In this document: piece after piece, positions 62,511 to 64,000 of the stretch
How positions within the stretch are numbered: the stretch's first letter is position 1
How the letters are laid out: each line of letters starts with the position of its first letter
Source: Phoronis australis
Lineage: Eukaryota; Animalia; Phoronida
Length of the DNA: 64,000 nt
Assembly: GCA_002633005.1 (NCBI GenBank)
Contig: NMRA01000007.1
Location: 305,461 to 369,460, forward strand
Reading direction: 5' to 3'
Program-made: the position numbers and the translations under genes
The notes under the pieces: model-generated
What the model was told of the DNA's origin: nothing
Databases searched by the model: none
What the model saw: only the letters and a program-made list of their open reading frames with translations

Positions 62511-64000
62511 TCTCAGTGTTCATTTCTTAGTTCATCCTTTATAAGTTTTTATCGGAAGCTTTGATCCTCGATCCGTCTGCGTTGTAATCCTGCATCCGGC
62601 GATATAGTTAATTGTTCTATTCTATTCTCTGGTGATTGGAGCCGGTCAGGGAGTCGCACTCATAACCAAAAAGTGACAAGCTACCACACTAGCCGGTACA
62701 CAAGAACTCTGAGTTTAGCCACCAATTCAATCACGCCAGGACAGAGCGCTGACTAATACATGCGCCCGTGGTCTATGGGCGGTATACCACAGGGGGGCTG
62801 GAGAGTGGGGGGCTATTGCCCCCCACTTTTTTCAGTGCTGCTCCGGCCGGCCATGCAATATATTGACCGGTGAAAAATCCCGGCTGGCTGGCTTCACCTT
62901 TGCCGCTGGAAGAACCGACAATTAACAATCGACAAGACTTCAGCGGCAATGAAACCGATTCCACCTTTGATTCACGTCGGGTCTAAAACCCCAAGTTTTG
63001 CTTTCGATCACTCATGGAATGGTTTAACGTTATCACTCAAACTTTGTTATTTCAAGGCTCTTCTAAACTTATTGAAACTTTATTTTGTTGTTTGCAATTG
63101 AGCTCTATGTCTGAAGTTGGCTTGTCAATCCGGTACAGTGACTGACACTGGCGCGTCATTTTATGCGCCGAATAATATCCAATTGCCATCTCTTTACAAA
63201 ACCTGAAATCATCTCAGTGAGCGATGAGTAAGTCACTTCAATTTTATATCTGTAAAAGTGCTGGTTCCTCTGTCAAACGTTTGCTTCTTTGGACCCGCTG
63301 TGACAAGACGGATTGATTAAGTCACTTTAACTAGCACGTACATCATCAACAGAAATTTCAAATTAACATATTCCAAATTAACATATTCCAAATCTTAAAG
63401 CTGCATTTCGCACGTACTGCTTGGCTGAATAAAAAGTCAATCGAATTAAGCCGTTTGCTTTCATACGTAAGTCTCAAAATATATTCAGAATGAAGTCTCA
63501 AACGTCTTCTCGTGTTACTAAGGACGGTCTAAGTGATCGCTTCGATGTTCTTGTTAGTAACGGAATCCTACCATAGAAAAGATATTATGAGAATCTGTTT
63601 TGTGAGAGTAAAAAGTATCATATTAAATAGAGCGATAAAAAGGCCTACAGCTTTAATGAACATAGGGAATGTCTTAATGTGCGTTTTTGTATCGTCCTAG
63701 ACTATTCCGGCAAATACTGTCCCACAGAATAACAATAATTTCAATAAAGGGTTTTGATTTAGACCACTGGCTCCTATTAAAGTGGTCAGTGAACTTCGGG
63801 CTTACTCGTATTAGCTGTGATTTTAGTTTTGCAAAGGACCGACAGTTCCCTATTCCTCGTGGCCGTGTCAAGTCAACCTTGCAGGGCCTGGTCTCACTAA
63901 AAAATCTATGCTTGCATTTCCAAGCCCAGAAATCGGTTCTATTTTGACGAAAAGAACAACCAATTTTAGAAGGCAAGGAGTCAGGGCATGATGGGTAGAA

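Overview
AT-rich, intron-rich animal genomic DNA, probably from a bilaterian invertebrate (taxon cannot be fixed from the sequence). Four spliced protein-coding genes were rebuilt by hand with GT-AG junctions and consistent phase: PRDX5 (+, 5 exons, 182 aa), AMPK beta subunit PRKAB (-, 7 exons, 289 aa), TECPR2 (+, 16 coding exons, 1529 aa, ending in a C-terminal LIR DDWELL) and SRF (-, 8 exons, 412 aa). PRDX5/PRKAB are tail-to-tail, PRKAB/TECPR2 head-to-head and TECPR2/SRF tail-to-tail. Introns hold many short TIR elements with 2-, 3-, 5- and 9-bp TSDs, tandem repeats, and two near-exact duplications around single Ns (probable assembly artefacts). The most interesting observations: two unrelated hairpin-plus-tail insertions that encode the same peptide motif and stop at the same codon (Penelope-like); a PRDX5 whose resolving Cys is replaced and apparently shifted, with no PTS1; tandem repeats spanning the stop codons of both TECPR2 and SRF; a CArG cluster in the SRF promoter; and a PRKAB-TECPR2 shared promoter with FOXO, CLEAR/M-box and NRF1-like motifs. 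No prokaryotic features, RNA genes or CRISPR arrays were found. All calls were made by eye, with no database searches.
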